A stretch of DNA of 64,000 bases. Source: Treponemataceae bacterium. Lineage in GTDB: Bacteria; Spirochaetota; Spirochaetia; Treponematales; Rectinemataceae. Positions 16,933-25,904 of the stretch are shown piece after piece. A program made the translations under genes and the position numbers. Under the pieces are notes generated by a model. It worked only from the letters and a program-made list of their open reading frames with translations. It did no database searches and had not been told where the DNA came from. Every line of letters starts with the position of its first letter. Position 1 is the first letter of the stretch. The stretch is taken from positions 1,248,001-1,312,000 of the forward strand of contig CAXXHO010000003.1 of the NCBI GenBank assembly GCA_963667725.2, written 5' to 3'.

Positions 16933-19029
16933 ATGTCGTTCGCAACCGATCAGATCAGAAACATCGCCATAGCCGGCCACGGGAGTACCGGCAAGACAAC
17001 GCTGCTCGAACACATTCTCTTTCAGGGCGGAGTGATATCCAAGCCAGAAACCATCGAATCCGGCAAGACTGTCAGCGATTTCGGTGAGGACGAAATCGCG
17101 CGCAAGATATCAGTTCGCTCAACGCTGACGCATTGTGTCGTCAGAGACACCAAGATCAACTTCATCGACACGCCCGGATCCTCGGATTTCGTAGGCGAAG
17201 TCATACTCGCTTTCAGGGCTTGCGAAAGCGCCCTCCTCCTGATCGACGCCAGATCAGGCGTCCAGATCGAGACCATCAAACTCTGGAGAAATCTGGACAG
17301 CCGTTCCAAGCCGCGCATGGTGTTCATCACCAGGATGGACGAGGACCGCGCTTCATTCGGCGCCTGCCTTGAAGACATAAAAGCCAAATTCAAGATCGCT
17401 CCGGTTCCCGTCACGATCCCCATGGGTGAGGGATTGGAGCTCAAAGGCGTCATCGATGTCATCAACTCGAAAGCGTATATGAAGCCGGCAGCGGGCGACC
17501 AGAAAGAGATCGTTGCCGATGTCCCCGCTGAATACAAGGAAGCGCTCGAAACCGCCAGACTCCAGCTTTTTGAAGCCGCGGCCGAAGGCGAAGACGCCCT
17601 CATGGAGAAATACCTTGAGCAGGGAGAACTCAGCCAGGAAGACATGATTCTTGGCCTCCGCGCCGCCCTCTCTCTCTCGAAGATAGTCCCCGCCTTCGCC
17701 GGTTCTGGACTCAAGAACGTCGGCACGGCCGCTCTTATCGATTTCCTGGCCCTCATGGCGCCCTCTCCCCTCTCTCATGGAGCCGAGGAAGTAAAGGATT
17801 TCGACGGCAACATGATGGAAGTAACCGTTGACGCAGCCAAGCCGACAACCGCCATGGTCATCAAGACACAGATCGACCAATTCTCTGGCCGTCTTTCCAT
17901 CGTCAAGGTATTCACCGGCTCTCTCGTGCCGGAACTCGAATTCGTCAACGTGCGCGACGGCAGAAAGGACCGCCTCTCCAAGCTCTATACGGCCCAGGGC
18001 AAAAAAATCGAGGAAACCCAGGCTCTCGTCGCCGGCGACATCGGCATCATCGCGAAAGCCGCCAGCCTCAAGACGAACGATACCATTTCCGCGATGGATC
18101 GGCCCTACTCCTTCAAGCCCCTGAAGCTCCCCACCCCCGTCCACCTTGTCGCCATCTCCGCGGCCAACAAAAAGGAAGAGGATAAGCTGAACGAGCTCCT
18201 CCTGAAAGCGGCCGAGGAAGATTTGACCTTCCAGGTAAACTACAATGTCGAGACTAAGGAAACCGTGATCGCGGGCATGGGCGACCTTCAGATCAGCATG
18301 ATCCTCGATAAAATCAAGAATCAAGCCAAGATCATGGCCGAGACGAGGATTCCTCGCGTCGCCTATCGGGAAACCATAACCAAGAAATCCGGCGCCGAGT
18401 ATACGCATAAAAAACAGACTGGCGGCCACGGCCAGTACGCGCGCGTAGTCTTCGAGGTCGAACCCCTGGAACGGGGCGCCGGCTATCAGTTCGAGAACAA
18501 GCTCTTCGGCCAGTCCGTATCCCGCGGCTTCATCCCCGGCATCGAGAAGGGCATCCATCAGGCGATGGAAAACGGCGTCGTCGCTGGCTACCCCGTCGTG
18601 GACGTGAAAACCGCCATAACGGACGGCAAGGAACACCCCGTGGATTCCTCCGAAATGGCCTTCAAGCTGGCGTCCAGAGGCGCTTTCCGCGAAGCGTCCA
18701 AGACCGCCAACCCCACCCTCCTGGAGCCTATCATGGATCTCAAGGTCTTCGCGGAAGAGAAAAATCTCGGCGACGTCATGTCGGACCTCTCGGGCCGCAG
18801 GGGAAGGATTTCTGGTAGCAACCCTATCGGCGGAGGCATCATCGAAGTCGACGCCCAAGTTCCCCAGGCCGAGCTTCTCCGCTACGCCATCGATCTCCGC
18901 TCCATGACCTCGGGCACCGCGTCCTTCGAAGTGGATTTTTCCCATTACGCTCCCATCTCCGGCAAGATCGCCGAGGATGTCATCAAAGCCGCGCAGGCCT
19001 TCAAGACGGCCGAGGCCGAGGAAGAGTGA
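16933..19029 (+). CDS. fusA2: Elongation factor G paralog (EF-G2)
   Basis: GHGSTGKTT, DTPG, VAYRETI, HKKQTGGHGQYA, HPVDSSEMAF, LLEPIM and LRSMTSG. Stand-alone, outside the str operon. Confidence 0.92.
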   Translation: MSFATDQIRNIAIAGHGSTGKTTLLEHILFQGGVISKPETIESGKTVSDFGEDEIARKISVRSTLTHCVVRDTKINFIDTPGSSDFVGEVILAFRACESALLLIDARSGVQIETIKLWRNLDSRSKPRMVFITRMDEDRASFGACLEDIKAKFKIAPVPVTIPMGEGLELKGVIDVINSKAYMKPAAGDQKEIVADVPAEYKEALETARLQLFEAAAEGEDALMEKYLEQGELSQEDMILGLRAALSLSKIVPAFAGSGLKNVGTAALIDFLALMAPSPLSHGAEEVKDFDGNMMEVTVDAAKPTTAMVIKTQIDQFSGRLSIVKVFTGSLVPELEFVNVRDGRKDRLSKLYTAQGKKIEETQALVAGDIGIIAKAASLKTNDTISAMDRPYSFKPLKLPTPVHLVAISAANKKEEDKLNELLLKAAEEDLTFQVNYNVETKETVIAGMGDLQISMILDKIKNQAKIMAETRIPRVAYRETITKKSGAEYTHKKQTGGHGQYARVVFEVEPLERGAGYQFENKLFGQSVSRGFIPGIEKGIHQAMENGVVAGYPVVDVKTAITDGKEHPVDSSEMAFKLASRGAFREASKTANPTLLEPIMDLKVFAEEKNLGDVMSDLSGRRGRISGSNPIGGGIIEVDAQVPQAELLRYAIDLRSMTSGTASFEVDFSHYAPISGKIAEDVIKAAQAFKTAEAEEE

Positions 19030-19053
19030 TTCGGAATTTTATCCAATAATGAC

Positions 19054-19083
19054 AAGGGCTGCCGAAAAATGGCAGCCCTTTTT
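19054..19083. terminator. Rho-independent terminator after fusA2
   Basis: AAGGGCTGCC-7 nt-GGCAGCCCTT followed by TTT. Confidence 0.85.
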
Positions 19084-19113
19084 CAACACAGATTCACATG
19101 AATGGTTCCCCTG

Positions 19114-19794
19114 TCATGGCAATTCCGAAATCGCCACCCTGTAACCGACGCCGGGCTCCGTTACGATGAGCGAAGGGTGCTCATCGTCCTCCTCGAGTTT
19201 TCTTCTGAGAGCCCTTATATGGACTCTCAAGCTGCCCTCCTCCGCTTCGCCCGCCGGACCCCATACTTCCCTAAGGAGCCTATCCCTCGTGACGATCTTT
19301 CCCGCATGGCGGAGAAGTATCTCCAGGACAGCGTATTCGGTGTTCGTGAGATGGATTTCCTCGCCGTCCCTGGCGATGTGCCGCTTCCCGAGGTCCATTT
19401 CCAGGGCTCCCCTACGATAGACGGAACCGCCTTCCTGCCATTTCCTTCTGCACACCGCCGACAGGCGCGCGAATACTTCGTCCGTATAGAAAGGTTTCAC
19501 GATGTAGTCGTCGGCGCCCGCATCCAAAAGGGCTATTATATCGTCCTGGGAATCGCGCACCGAGACAATCACGACCGGAACGCTGCTCCAGCCTCTGACG
19601 CTGCGAAGCAGCTCCGCGCCGCCCATATCCGGAAGATTTAGATCGAGTAGCACGACGTCTGGTTTCGAGGCCATGATAGCCTGGATGCCTTCGAAGCCGT
19701 TCGCCGCCTCGAAGACTTCCCAGCCTTTGCTCCCGAGGGCGATGGAGAGAAGTCGCCGTATCCTGGCTTCATCGTCTATGACAAGGACGCGCAC
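19114..19794 (-). CDS. kdpE: OmpR-family response regulator, KdpE-like
   Basis: VIDDE, LLDLNLPDM, WSSVPVVIVS, GADDYIVKPF, LLREVWG and TEPGVGYR. Confidence 0.88.
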   Translation of the reverse strand: MRVLVIDDEARIRRLLSIALGSKGWEVFEAANGFEGIQAIMASKPDVVLLDLNLPDMGGAELLRSVRGWSSVPVVIVSVRDSQDDIIALLDAGADDYIVKPFYTDEVFARLSAVCRRKWQEGGSVYRRGALEMDLGKRHIARDGEEIHLTNTEYAVLEILLRHAGKIVTRDRLLREVWGPAGEAEEGSLRVHIRALRRKLEEDDEHPSLIVTEPGVGYRVAISELP

Positions 19795-19799
19795 AATCC

Positions 19800-21752
19800 T
19801 TACCCTCCTTGACAGTTCGGAAAAATCGCCTCAACCTCGAATCCGCCCGTGGATCGGCGAGCGGCTATGCTGCCTCCATGGGCTTCGACTATTCCCCTGC
19901 ACATCGCGAGTCCGAGGCCGAGCCCCCCTGGAGCGTCGCCTTCGGCGCGTTTGAACTTCGCGAAAGGCGCCCTCATCCGCTCGTCTCCGAAACCAGGTCC
20001 CTCGTCCGCTACCGTAATCGCAAGACCATTGTCGCGAGGCATGAGACGCAGTTCCACAATACCATTCTTGCGGGAATAACGGCAGGCGTTCTCAAGGAGG
20101 TTCTTCATGAGCCGAACTACCAAAACATCGTCAAGCCGGAAATCACTGGGATTCTCTGGCAGGAGTATATTTACTCGCCGCCCAGCGAGCGACTCCGCAG
20201 CTGCGGCGGTGGCCGCTTCGGCTAAGTCCCTCGCCTCAGTCAGGTTGCGCTTCAACTTCAGCCTCCCCGATTCCATTCTTCCGATGGATAGAAAATCCTC
20301 CACTATCTCATTCAGATGTCCGGCCGAACTCAGGGCGCCTTCAAGCAATTCCTGTCTCATCGAGGGATTAGATCCTATCGCCTCGTCCCGCAGCGCGCTC
20401 AAGGAGCCAGTTATCGTCGTGAGGGGCGTCTTGAGCTCATGGGATACGGAATCGAAAAGCACTTTCGCCAGACGCTCCGATTCTAGCTCGAGCGTCGCTA
20501 TCCTCGAAGCTTCTACGGAACGCTCCCTCTCGACGAACATGGCGAGGCTTCTACCGAGAGCCGCGAAAAGCTCATCATCGCCGGATTGAAAATTATTCCG
20601 CTTTCTATTGCAGGAAAACCCAATGGCAGCCACAGCGCTCGACCGCACTCGCGCCGGTATGAAGCGGTATGACGAATCCGGGAAGCGATCTGTTCCCTCG
20701 CCGCATACTTCGCTCTTTTCGGCACAATATTTCGCCGCCTTCCTGTCGATTTCCTCAAGATTCTCTGCCCCGCTGGCAAAAAAGGCTCCTTGCCTGTTTG
20801 AATCGCCGACAACGTATACGACGGCGGGGGCGGCATTGTAGCCTTCCACGAGCTTGGCCGAGGCCGCCGCCGCGTCTCTTATGGAGCTGAGTTCGGAGAG
20901 CCGCTCGGCGGCGGCCAGCAGCAGCGAGGCTTCCCTGTCCCTACGCTGGAGAAGACGCTCCCGCGACCGCAACCCCGCGGAGAGGGAACCCGTTACCGCC
21001 GCTACAAGGAAATAGAGTCCGAAGAGAAGTATGTCCTCGGGAGATGAGATCGCGAACGTGAAACGAGGCGGAATGAAAAAGAAATTGTACGCGAGGGATG
21101 ACAGGACGGCGAGCAGGACCACCGGCCCAGGCCCCGACACGAGCGAGAGAAAGAGCACGGCCGCGAGATAGAGAAAAGCGACGCTCCTATGCCCCATAAC
21201 CGGCGCGAGAACCAGGCAGATGATTGTCGCGAGAGCGAAGACCAGAAGGAGAAGGCCGTACTGACGAAAAGGCGCGCTGAACGTCTTCCGGATAGATGCG
21301 AGGGTAAAATCATTGCCGACATCCTTCGAATCGCTCACCACAACGACATCGAGCGGACCGGCTTCCCGAAGGATTCTGTCTGAGATAGTCGCCCTACCCC
21401 AAAAGTGGCCGAGGCGGGACAGCCCGGACCGCCCTATGACGAGCATCGTCGCGCTTTTAGCCTTAGCCCCGTCTATCAAAGCCCTCACCACGTCGGATCC
21501 GACGATGGTCGATACTTGGGCGCCCAGTTTCCTCGCTAAATCGAGATTGGCTTCCAGGCGCTCCCTGTCCTTACCGCCCATCAGAACGCCGCCATCGACA
21601 TGAAAGGCGATCCATTCCATGCGCAGACCGGCCGCCGCATGATGAGCCCAACGCACCAAGCGCGCCGAATTGGGAGAACTCCCGACGCCTACGGCGATCT
21701 TTGTCCTGTCGCCGCTATGCTCTTCGCTGCTCTCTTCCGCCGACACTTCCAT
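19800..21752 (-). CDS. kdpD: KdpD-like sensor histidine kinase (Usp-TM-GAF-HK) lacking the N-terminal KdpD domain
   Basis: Usp-like N-terminus, YNFFFIPPRFTF TM signature, SVSHELKTPLT H-box, NLLENACRYS, DEGPG and GLGLGL. Start set at MEVSAEE after a GGGGAG RBS. Confidence 0.85.
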   Translation of the reverse strand: MEVSAEESSEEHSGDRTKIAVGVGSSPNSARLVRWAHHAAAGLRMEWIAFHVDGGVLMGGKDRERLEANLDLARKLGAQVSTIVGSDVVRALIDGAKAKSATMLVIGRSGLSRLGHFWGRATISDRILREAGPLDVVVVSDSKDVGNDFTLASIRKTFSAPFRQYGLLLLVFALATIICLVLAPVMGHRSVAFLYLAAVLFLSLVSGPGPVVLLAVLSSLAYNFFFIPPRFTFAISSPEDILLFGLYFLVAAVTGSLSAGLRSRERLLQRRDREASLLLAAAERLSELSSIRDAAAASAKLVEGYNAAPAVVYVVGDSNRQGAFFASGAENLEEIDRKAAKYCAEKSEVCGEGTDRFPDSSYRFIPARVRSSAVAAIGFSCNRKRNNFQSGDDELFAALGRSLAMFVERERSVEASRIATLELESERLAKVLFDSVSHELKTPLTTITGSLSALRDEAIGSNPSMRQELLEGALSSAGHLNEIVEDFLSIGRMESGRLKLKRNLTEARDLAEAATAAAAESLAGRRVNILLPENPSDFRLDDVLVVRLMKNLLENACRYSRKNGIVELRLMPRDNGLAITVADEGPGFGDERMRAPFAKFKRAEGDAPGGLGLGLAMCRGIVEAHGGSIAARRSTGGFEVEAIFPNCQGG

Positions 21753-21814
21753 CTTCGCTCCCCGTTGACTATTGCTTATGGAGATACGCTGTAGCAAGGC
21801 ATTTGAAACCTTCC

Positions 21815-22351
21815 TCACGAACTTTTTTCCCGCCTTCCCCTTTTCCGCCACAGAACCGCGAGCAGTATACCAGAAAGGCTGAACGCTATCGCGGCGCAAA
21901 GGCGCGTCAAGTCGAGCGGATGAGAAATCGGTATGCCTTTCTTAACCAGTACAATCGTTTCGGCATGAATGTCCAGATCGCCGCCATGCTCCGGGCAAGC
22001 CCTGTGCATGATGCCGGTTATGTAGACCCTGTCACCGATGGCTTCATAGTTACCGAGATACGCAATTTCTGGCAATCGGTCATTATCTGCCCATATGCCC
22101 ACGGCTGTCCCGCTGTCGAGAATATTTATCCACGAATGATCGCCTCTCGCCATCACGTCGCCTACTATCTCGCCCTCTATCGCGACTATTGTTCCATCGT
22201 ATGACGAGGCCTTTTCAACGATATCAGAAAGGTGGATGGCCGGGACGGCGGTAAAAAAATCCGTCCCCGGATCGGCCGCTGCCGGGACAATCGCCACAAC
22301 AAGCGCGAAAAAAACGAAGATCGCGTCACTGAATGTAGTATCATTTTTCAT
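21815..22351 (-). CDS. Hypothetical exported OB-fold-like protein with C-terminal membrane anchor
   Basis: Signal peptide, beta-rich core (VAIEGEIVGD, GDRVYITG), ACPEHGGDLDIH motif, C-terminal TM plus basic tail. ATGA overlap with the trkH stop. Confidence 0.75.
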   Translation of the reverse strand: MKNDTTFSDAIFVFFALVVAIVPAAADPGTDFFTAVPAIHLSDIVEKASSYDGTIVAIEGEIVGDVMARGDHSWINILDSGTAVGIWADNDRLPEIAYLGNYEAIGDRVYITGIMHRACPEHGGDLDIHAETIVLVKKGIPISHPLDLTRLCAAIAFSLSGILLAVLWRKRGRREKSS

Positions 22352-23856
22352 AACTTCCTCTTGCCGAACAGCGATGCGACGAATCCCGCCGAAGCCAGGA
22401 CAGCCATGAATTCGAGCCTGCCGGCCCACATGTTAAAGATGTAGACAAGCTTCAGTCCAGCGGGGATCGAGGCTGTCGTCACCCCAATGCTGAGACCGAC
22501 ATTCCCTGTCACGGATGCAGCTTCGAATACGGCTTCGAGAAAGGGAAAGCCCGCGAGACAGCCTGCCGCCGCGGCGAAGGCGAAGATGACCATGTACATG
22601 AGAACCACAAGAGCCGCCCCCCTTACCTGCCGTTCGCCGAGGGTTCTGAGGCCATGATAGTGGTATTTCTGCACTACGACAGCCGAACTTGGCCTGAGGA
22701 GACGCTTCGTGTCCTGGATGATCGCCTTGGCGAGGATGCCTACACGAAGGCCCTTGAACCCGCCGGCCGTGGAACAGGCGCTTCCGCCGATAAGCATCGC
22801 CATGATCACGGCGAGCAGGGCGAGATCGCCCCATTCGGCAGCGAACTGCCGGGGATAGATGGTCATGAATCCGGTTGTCGTATGGGCCGAGGCAAGCTGA
22901 TAGAAACCCTTCCTGATAAGGCTTACCAGATCAGGGTAGACTTGAAGTTTCACCAATCCCCAGCACGCGAGCATCGTAAGGATACAGAGCGTCGTGCCGA
23001 AGGACACAGTCTCTATATTCTTGATAAGTTCCTTCCGGTTGCCCTTGAGCACCGCGGCGTGGAGAGCGAAATTGAAGGAGCCTACCACGAAGAAAATAAA
23101 GGTTATCGCCTCATAGAGCGCGCTGTGATAGTAGAGAACGTTTTGGGACATCGGGGCGAACCCTCCCGTGCTCCAATCCGCCATATAGATCCAGAGTCCG
23201 TGCAGAAAAGCCCTGCCAGGCGAGAGACCGATCGTCATCCCCGCCAGCCATAGCGCGGCGGTCCCGACCATGAGATAGATAAAGCTTATTTTCCATATGG
23301 CTTTCGCCGTGTGCATGACGCTTGGGAACAGCCTCTCGTCTTTTCCTTCGCCTACATAGAAACCATAGCCTCCGCCGCCGCCTTCGACAAAAAGCGCCAA
23401 TGCCAGGACGATGATCCCCTGCCCGCCCACGAAGGTGAGAAGATGGCGCCACATGTTCAGCCCAATCGAGACGTGGTCAAGGTCCTGTATGAGCGTGAGC
23501 CCCGTCGTCGTCAGCCCGCTCATGACGTCGAACATAGCGTCGAGATAGGAAAGGTAGTGTCCGGACAGCCAATACGGAAGCGCCGATACGACCATCGCGA
23601 CAAGCCATGAAATGCCCGCCGTCGCCATGCCATGCATCCATCCGGGCCTGCTTCCGTTCCGGCAAAATGCCGCAAGGCTGGCGCCGACGGTCAGGATCGC
23701 GCCGAAGCTCAGAAAAAAATCCGCGGCGGGCGCGTATTCGCCAGCAAGCAAGGAAGTCAAAGCCGGAATGAGGCAGAGGAAAGAATAACCCGCGAGGATT
23801 TTACCCGTGTAGTGGAGGACAATTCCGAGATCTCTCCACCTCGGCGAAGATCTCAT
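22348..23856 (-). CDS. trkH: TrkH-family potassium uptake membrane protein
   Basis: Four pore-loop motifs (SGLTTTG, STGGF, TTTGF, GNVGLS), GGQGIIVL, IGGSACSTAGGFK and MWAGRLE. Confidence 0.94.
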   Translation of the reverse strand: MRSSPRWRDLGIVLHYTGKILAGYSFLCLIPALTSLLAGEYAPAADFFLSFGAILTVGASLAAFCRNGSRPGWMHGMATAGISWLVAMVVSALPYWLSGHYLSYLDAMFDVMSGLTTTGLTLIQDLDHVSIGLNMWRHLLTFVGGQGIIVLALALFVEGGGGGYGFYVGEGKDERLFPSVMHTAKAIWKISFIYLMVGTAALWLAGMTIGLSPGRAFLHGLWIYMADWSTGGFAPMSQNVLYYHSALYEAITFIFFVVGSFNFALHAAVLKGNRKELIKNIETVSFGTTLCILTMLACWGLVKLQVYPDLVSLIRKGFYQLASAHTTTGFMTIYPRQFAAEWGDLALLAVIMAMLIGGSACSTAGGFKGLRVGILAKAIIQDTKRLLRPSSAVVVQKYHYHGLRTLGERQVRGAALVVLMYMVIFAFAAAAGCLAGFPFLEAVFEAASVTGNVGLSIGVTTASIPAGLKLVYIFNMWAGRLEFMAVLASAGFVASLFGKRKL

Positions 23857-23993
23857 AAAACCCCCGACATGAAAAGTGCCGCCGCGCAGGTAAGGATACC
23901 GATAGCGCCGATGGCCGAGGCATAACCGATTTCCGCAAGCACGCCGGCTACGAGGGGAGGAAGCGATCGCTTACTTGCGAGTTCCCGCGTCAT
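23853..23993 (-). CDS. Unannotated 46-aa single-TM peptide between trkA and trkH
   Basis: Manually translated as MTRELASKRSLPPLVAGVLAEIGYASAIGAIGILTCAAALFMSGVL*. ATGA overlaps with both neighbours; GGAGAAAAGGA upstream. Confidence 0.75.
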   Translation of the reverse strand: MTRELASKRSLPPLVAGVLAEIGYASAIGAIGILTCAAALFMSGVL

Positions 23994-24658
23994 TCCTTTT
24001 CTCCCATGAGGGCGCGCCGCAGCGCGGGCGCCGCGCTGCGGCGCGCCACGGCGAACACCCTGTCCAGAGGCTGCAGTACGCTGCGCCCTCTCGGCAGCGA
24101 GACCGAATCACCGCGCAATATGGCCACGAGGAGGCAGTCATCGGGCAAGCGAAGTTCCGAAACCGGCTGACCGACCACAGGCGAGTTTTCCGCGAGGCTC
24201 ATCTCGGCCAGCTCGACATCCCCTCGGTCGAAAATTGAGGTAAGCCGCAGGCCATTCGATGGAAGCACATTGCCGATAGTCGTCGCGGCCAAGGCTGTCG
24301 TGCTGATGACGGCATCCACGCCAAGAGACCGAAAGAGCTTCTCGTTGTTCGGATCAATCACCCTGGCAATCGTGTGCGGCACATGGAAATGTTCCTTGGC
24401 TATCTGGCAAGCCACGAGATTGTCCGCGTCGCTTCCCGTCACGGCCACGAGATACATCGCCTGCTCGGCGCCCGCATCTTTTAATATGAGCAGGTCGCTT
24501 CCGTCTCCGCAGAAGACTTTTACCTCGAGCATTTCGGCGATCGCCGAGCCTCTCGCATCCTCACGTTCCACGAGCACGACCTCATAGTTGGAAGCGCACA
24601 GTACTTTAGCGAGATGAAATCCCACTTTCCCGGCGCCGATCACTATCACACGATCCAT
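23990..24658 (-). CDS. trkA: TrkA-family RCK regulatory subunit
   Basis: IGAGKVG NAD-binding motif, GDGS, AVTGSDADN, and an RCK_C domain. Confidence 0.92.
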   Translation of the reverse strand: MDRVIVIGAGKVGFHLAKVLCASNYEVVLVEREDARGSAIAEMLEVKVFCGDGSDLLILKDAGAEQAMYLVAVTGSDADNLVACQIAKEHFHVPHTIARVIDPNNEKLFRSLGVDAVISTTALAATTIGNVLPSNGLRLTSIFDRGDVELAEMSLAENSPVVGQPVSELRLPDDCLLVAILRGDSVSLPRGRSVLQPLDRVFAVARRSAAPALRRALMGEKE

Positions 24659-25275
24659 AAGCGCCCTCCTTTCTCCTTCGCCCTGGCGATGATGACCGTA
24701 TCGTTTCGACGGACTATTTCCTTCCCGGCGATCTTCGCAAGGCGGCCTTCCTTTAACACCCCGACAATTCTCATCTTCATCGGCGACTTCACCCTGGAAA
24801 AGGGCAGGCCTAGCCAGGTTTCCGGAGGATGCACGCAGAGAAACGCGGGATCGATACTTGCGCTGAGGACGCCGAATCTATCATTGAGTATGAGTTCGAG
24901 GACCTGGTTGATTCCCGTGATGGTAGGGCAGACGGTATTCATGCCCAATTCGCGGTAGAATGCTTCCCGTTCGGGATCGGCGATCCTCGCAAGCACTTCC
25001 TTAACGCCGAAAAGGACCGTGGCCGCCTGCGCGCAGCAAATATTCACATTGTCGTCCGCTGTAGCCGCGATGAAGAGCGCCGCGTTCCTTGCCCCCGATC
25101 GCTCCAGGACTTCCATGTCCATGGGATCGCCGTCGACTATAAGCCCGTCAAATCCCTCGCCCAGCCGTTCCTGTTTGAGGCCAGAATCCACTATGACGAC
25201 ATCGTCCTGCCGCGAGGACATCGCCCTCGCCAGCCCTACGCCCAGCCTTCCACTTCCGGCAATGAGTACGAACAT
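24646..25275 (-). CDS. trkA: Second TrkA-family RCK subunit
   Basis: IAGSGRLG, GD, AATADDNVN and ARIADP, with a shortened RCK_C; GAGGGGAGGAG RBS. Confidence 0.88.
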   Translation of the reverse strand: MFVLIAGSGRLGVGLARAMSSRQDDVVIVDSGLKQERLGEGFDGLIVDGDPMDMEVLERSGARNAALFIAATADDNVNICCAQAATVLFGVKEVLARIADPEREAFYRELGMNTVCPTITGINQVLELILNDRFGVLSASIDPAFLCVHPPETWLGLPFSRVKSPMKMRIVGVLKEGRLAKIAGKEIVRRNDTVIIARAKEKGGRLWIV

Positions 25276-25427
25276 ATTCTCCTCCCCTCGTTGCCTTAAA
25301 AGTAGCGAGGAGAGCCTTCATTGATGAATAGAGAGCTTGTTAAGGTAGGTCCTATACCGGTTAAGATTTCGTTAATCGTTTACCGCTGAGGCGCGAGGAG
25401 TAGATGAATGCCAGAGAATCCGCAAAG

Positions 25428-25904
25428 CTAGAGATTCAATTTCTCGACGTCCATTCCCAACGCCTCAATTTCGCGTATAAACTCCCCTGCCGTTTCGTAC
25501 TTTCTGTAGACGGAGGCAAAGCGAATATACGCCACCTTATCCAGGTCGTAGAGTCTGCGGAGCACCATGCTGCCTATCGCCTCGCTCGATATCTCGTTGC
25601 TGGTCTTGGCCAGCTGGGCGGCTTCGTCCTCAATCTCGTTTATGAAGTTTTCGATGGACATTTGGGATATCGGTCTTTTTTCCAGCGAACGTATAAGCCC
25701 GCGCTCGATTTTGCTCCGCTCGAAGGGCTCGCGCCTCCCGTCGCGCTTGACGACCATGAGGGGCTTTTCCTCTATGCGCTCGTAGCTCGTGAAACGGAGG
25801 TTGCAGGAGAGGCATTCCCTCCTGCGCCGTATGGCTTCTCCGTTGGCGAGGCTCCTGGAATCGATTACTTTGTCATCGAGGCTGCCGCAGTGTGGACATT
25901 TCAT
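25428..25904 (-). CDS. nrdR: Transcriptional repressor NrdR
   Basis: MKCPHC..DSR..IRRRRECLSC zinc ribbon, ATP cone, VAYIRFASVY. Confidence 0.97.
   Translation of the reverse strand: MKCPHCGSLDDKVIDSRSLANGEAIRRRRECLSCNLRFTSYERIEEKPLMVVKRDGRREPFERSKIERGLIRSLEKRPISQMSIENFINEIEDEAAQLAKTSNEISSEAIGSMVLRRLYDLDKVAYIRFASVYRKYETAGEFIREIEALGMDVEKLNL

Noticed and set aside
17353..18945. Long antisense ORFs (also 15091-16398, 28417-29592, 36551-37606, 57121-58671)
   Set aside because: Shadow ORFs of codon-biased genes, with no recognisable domains.
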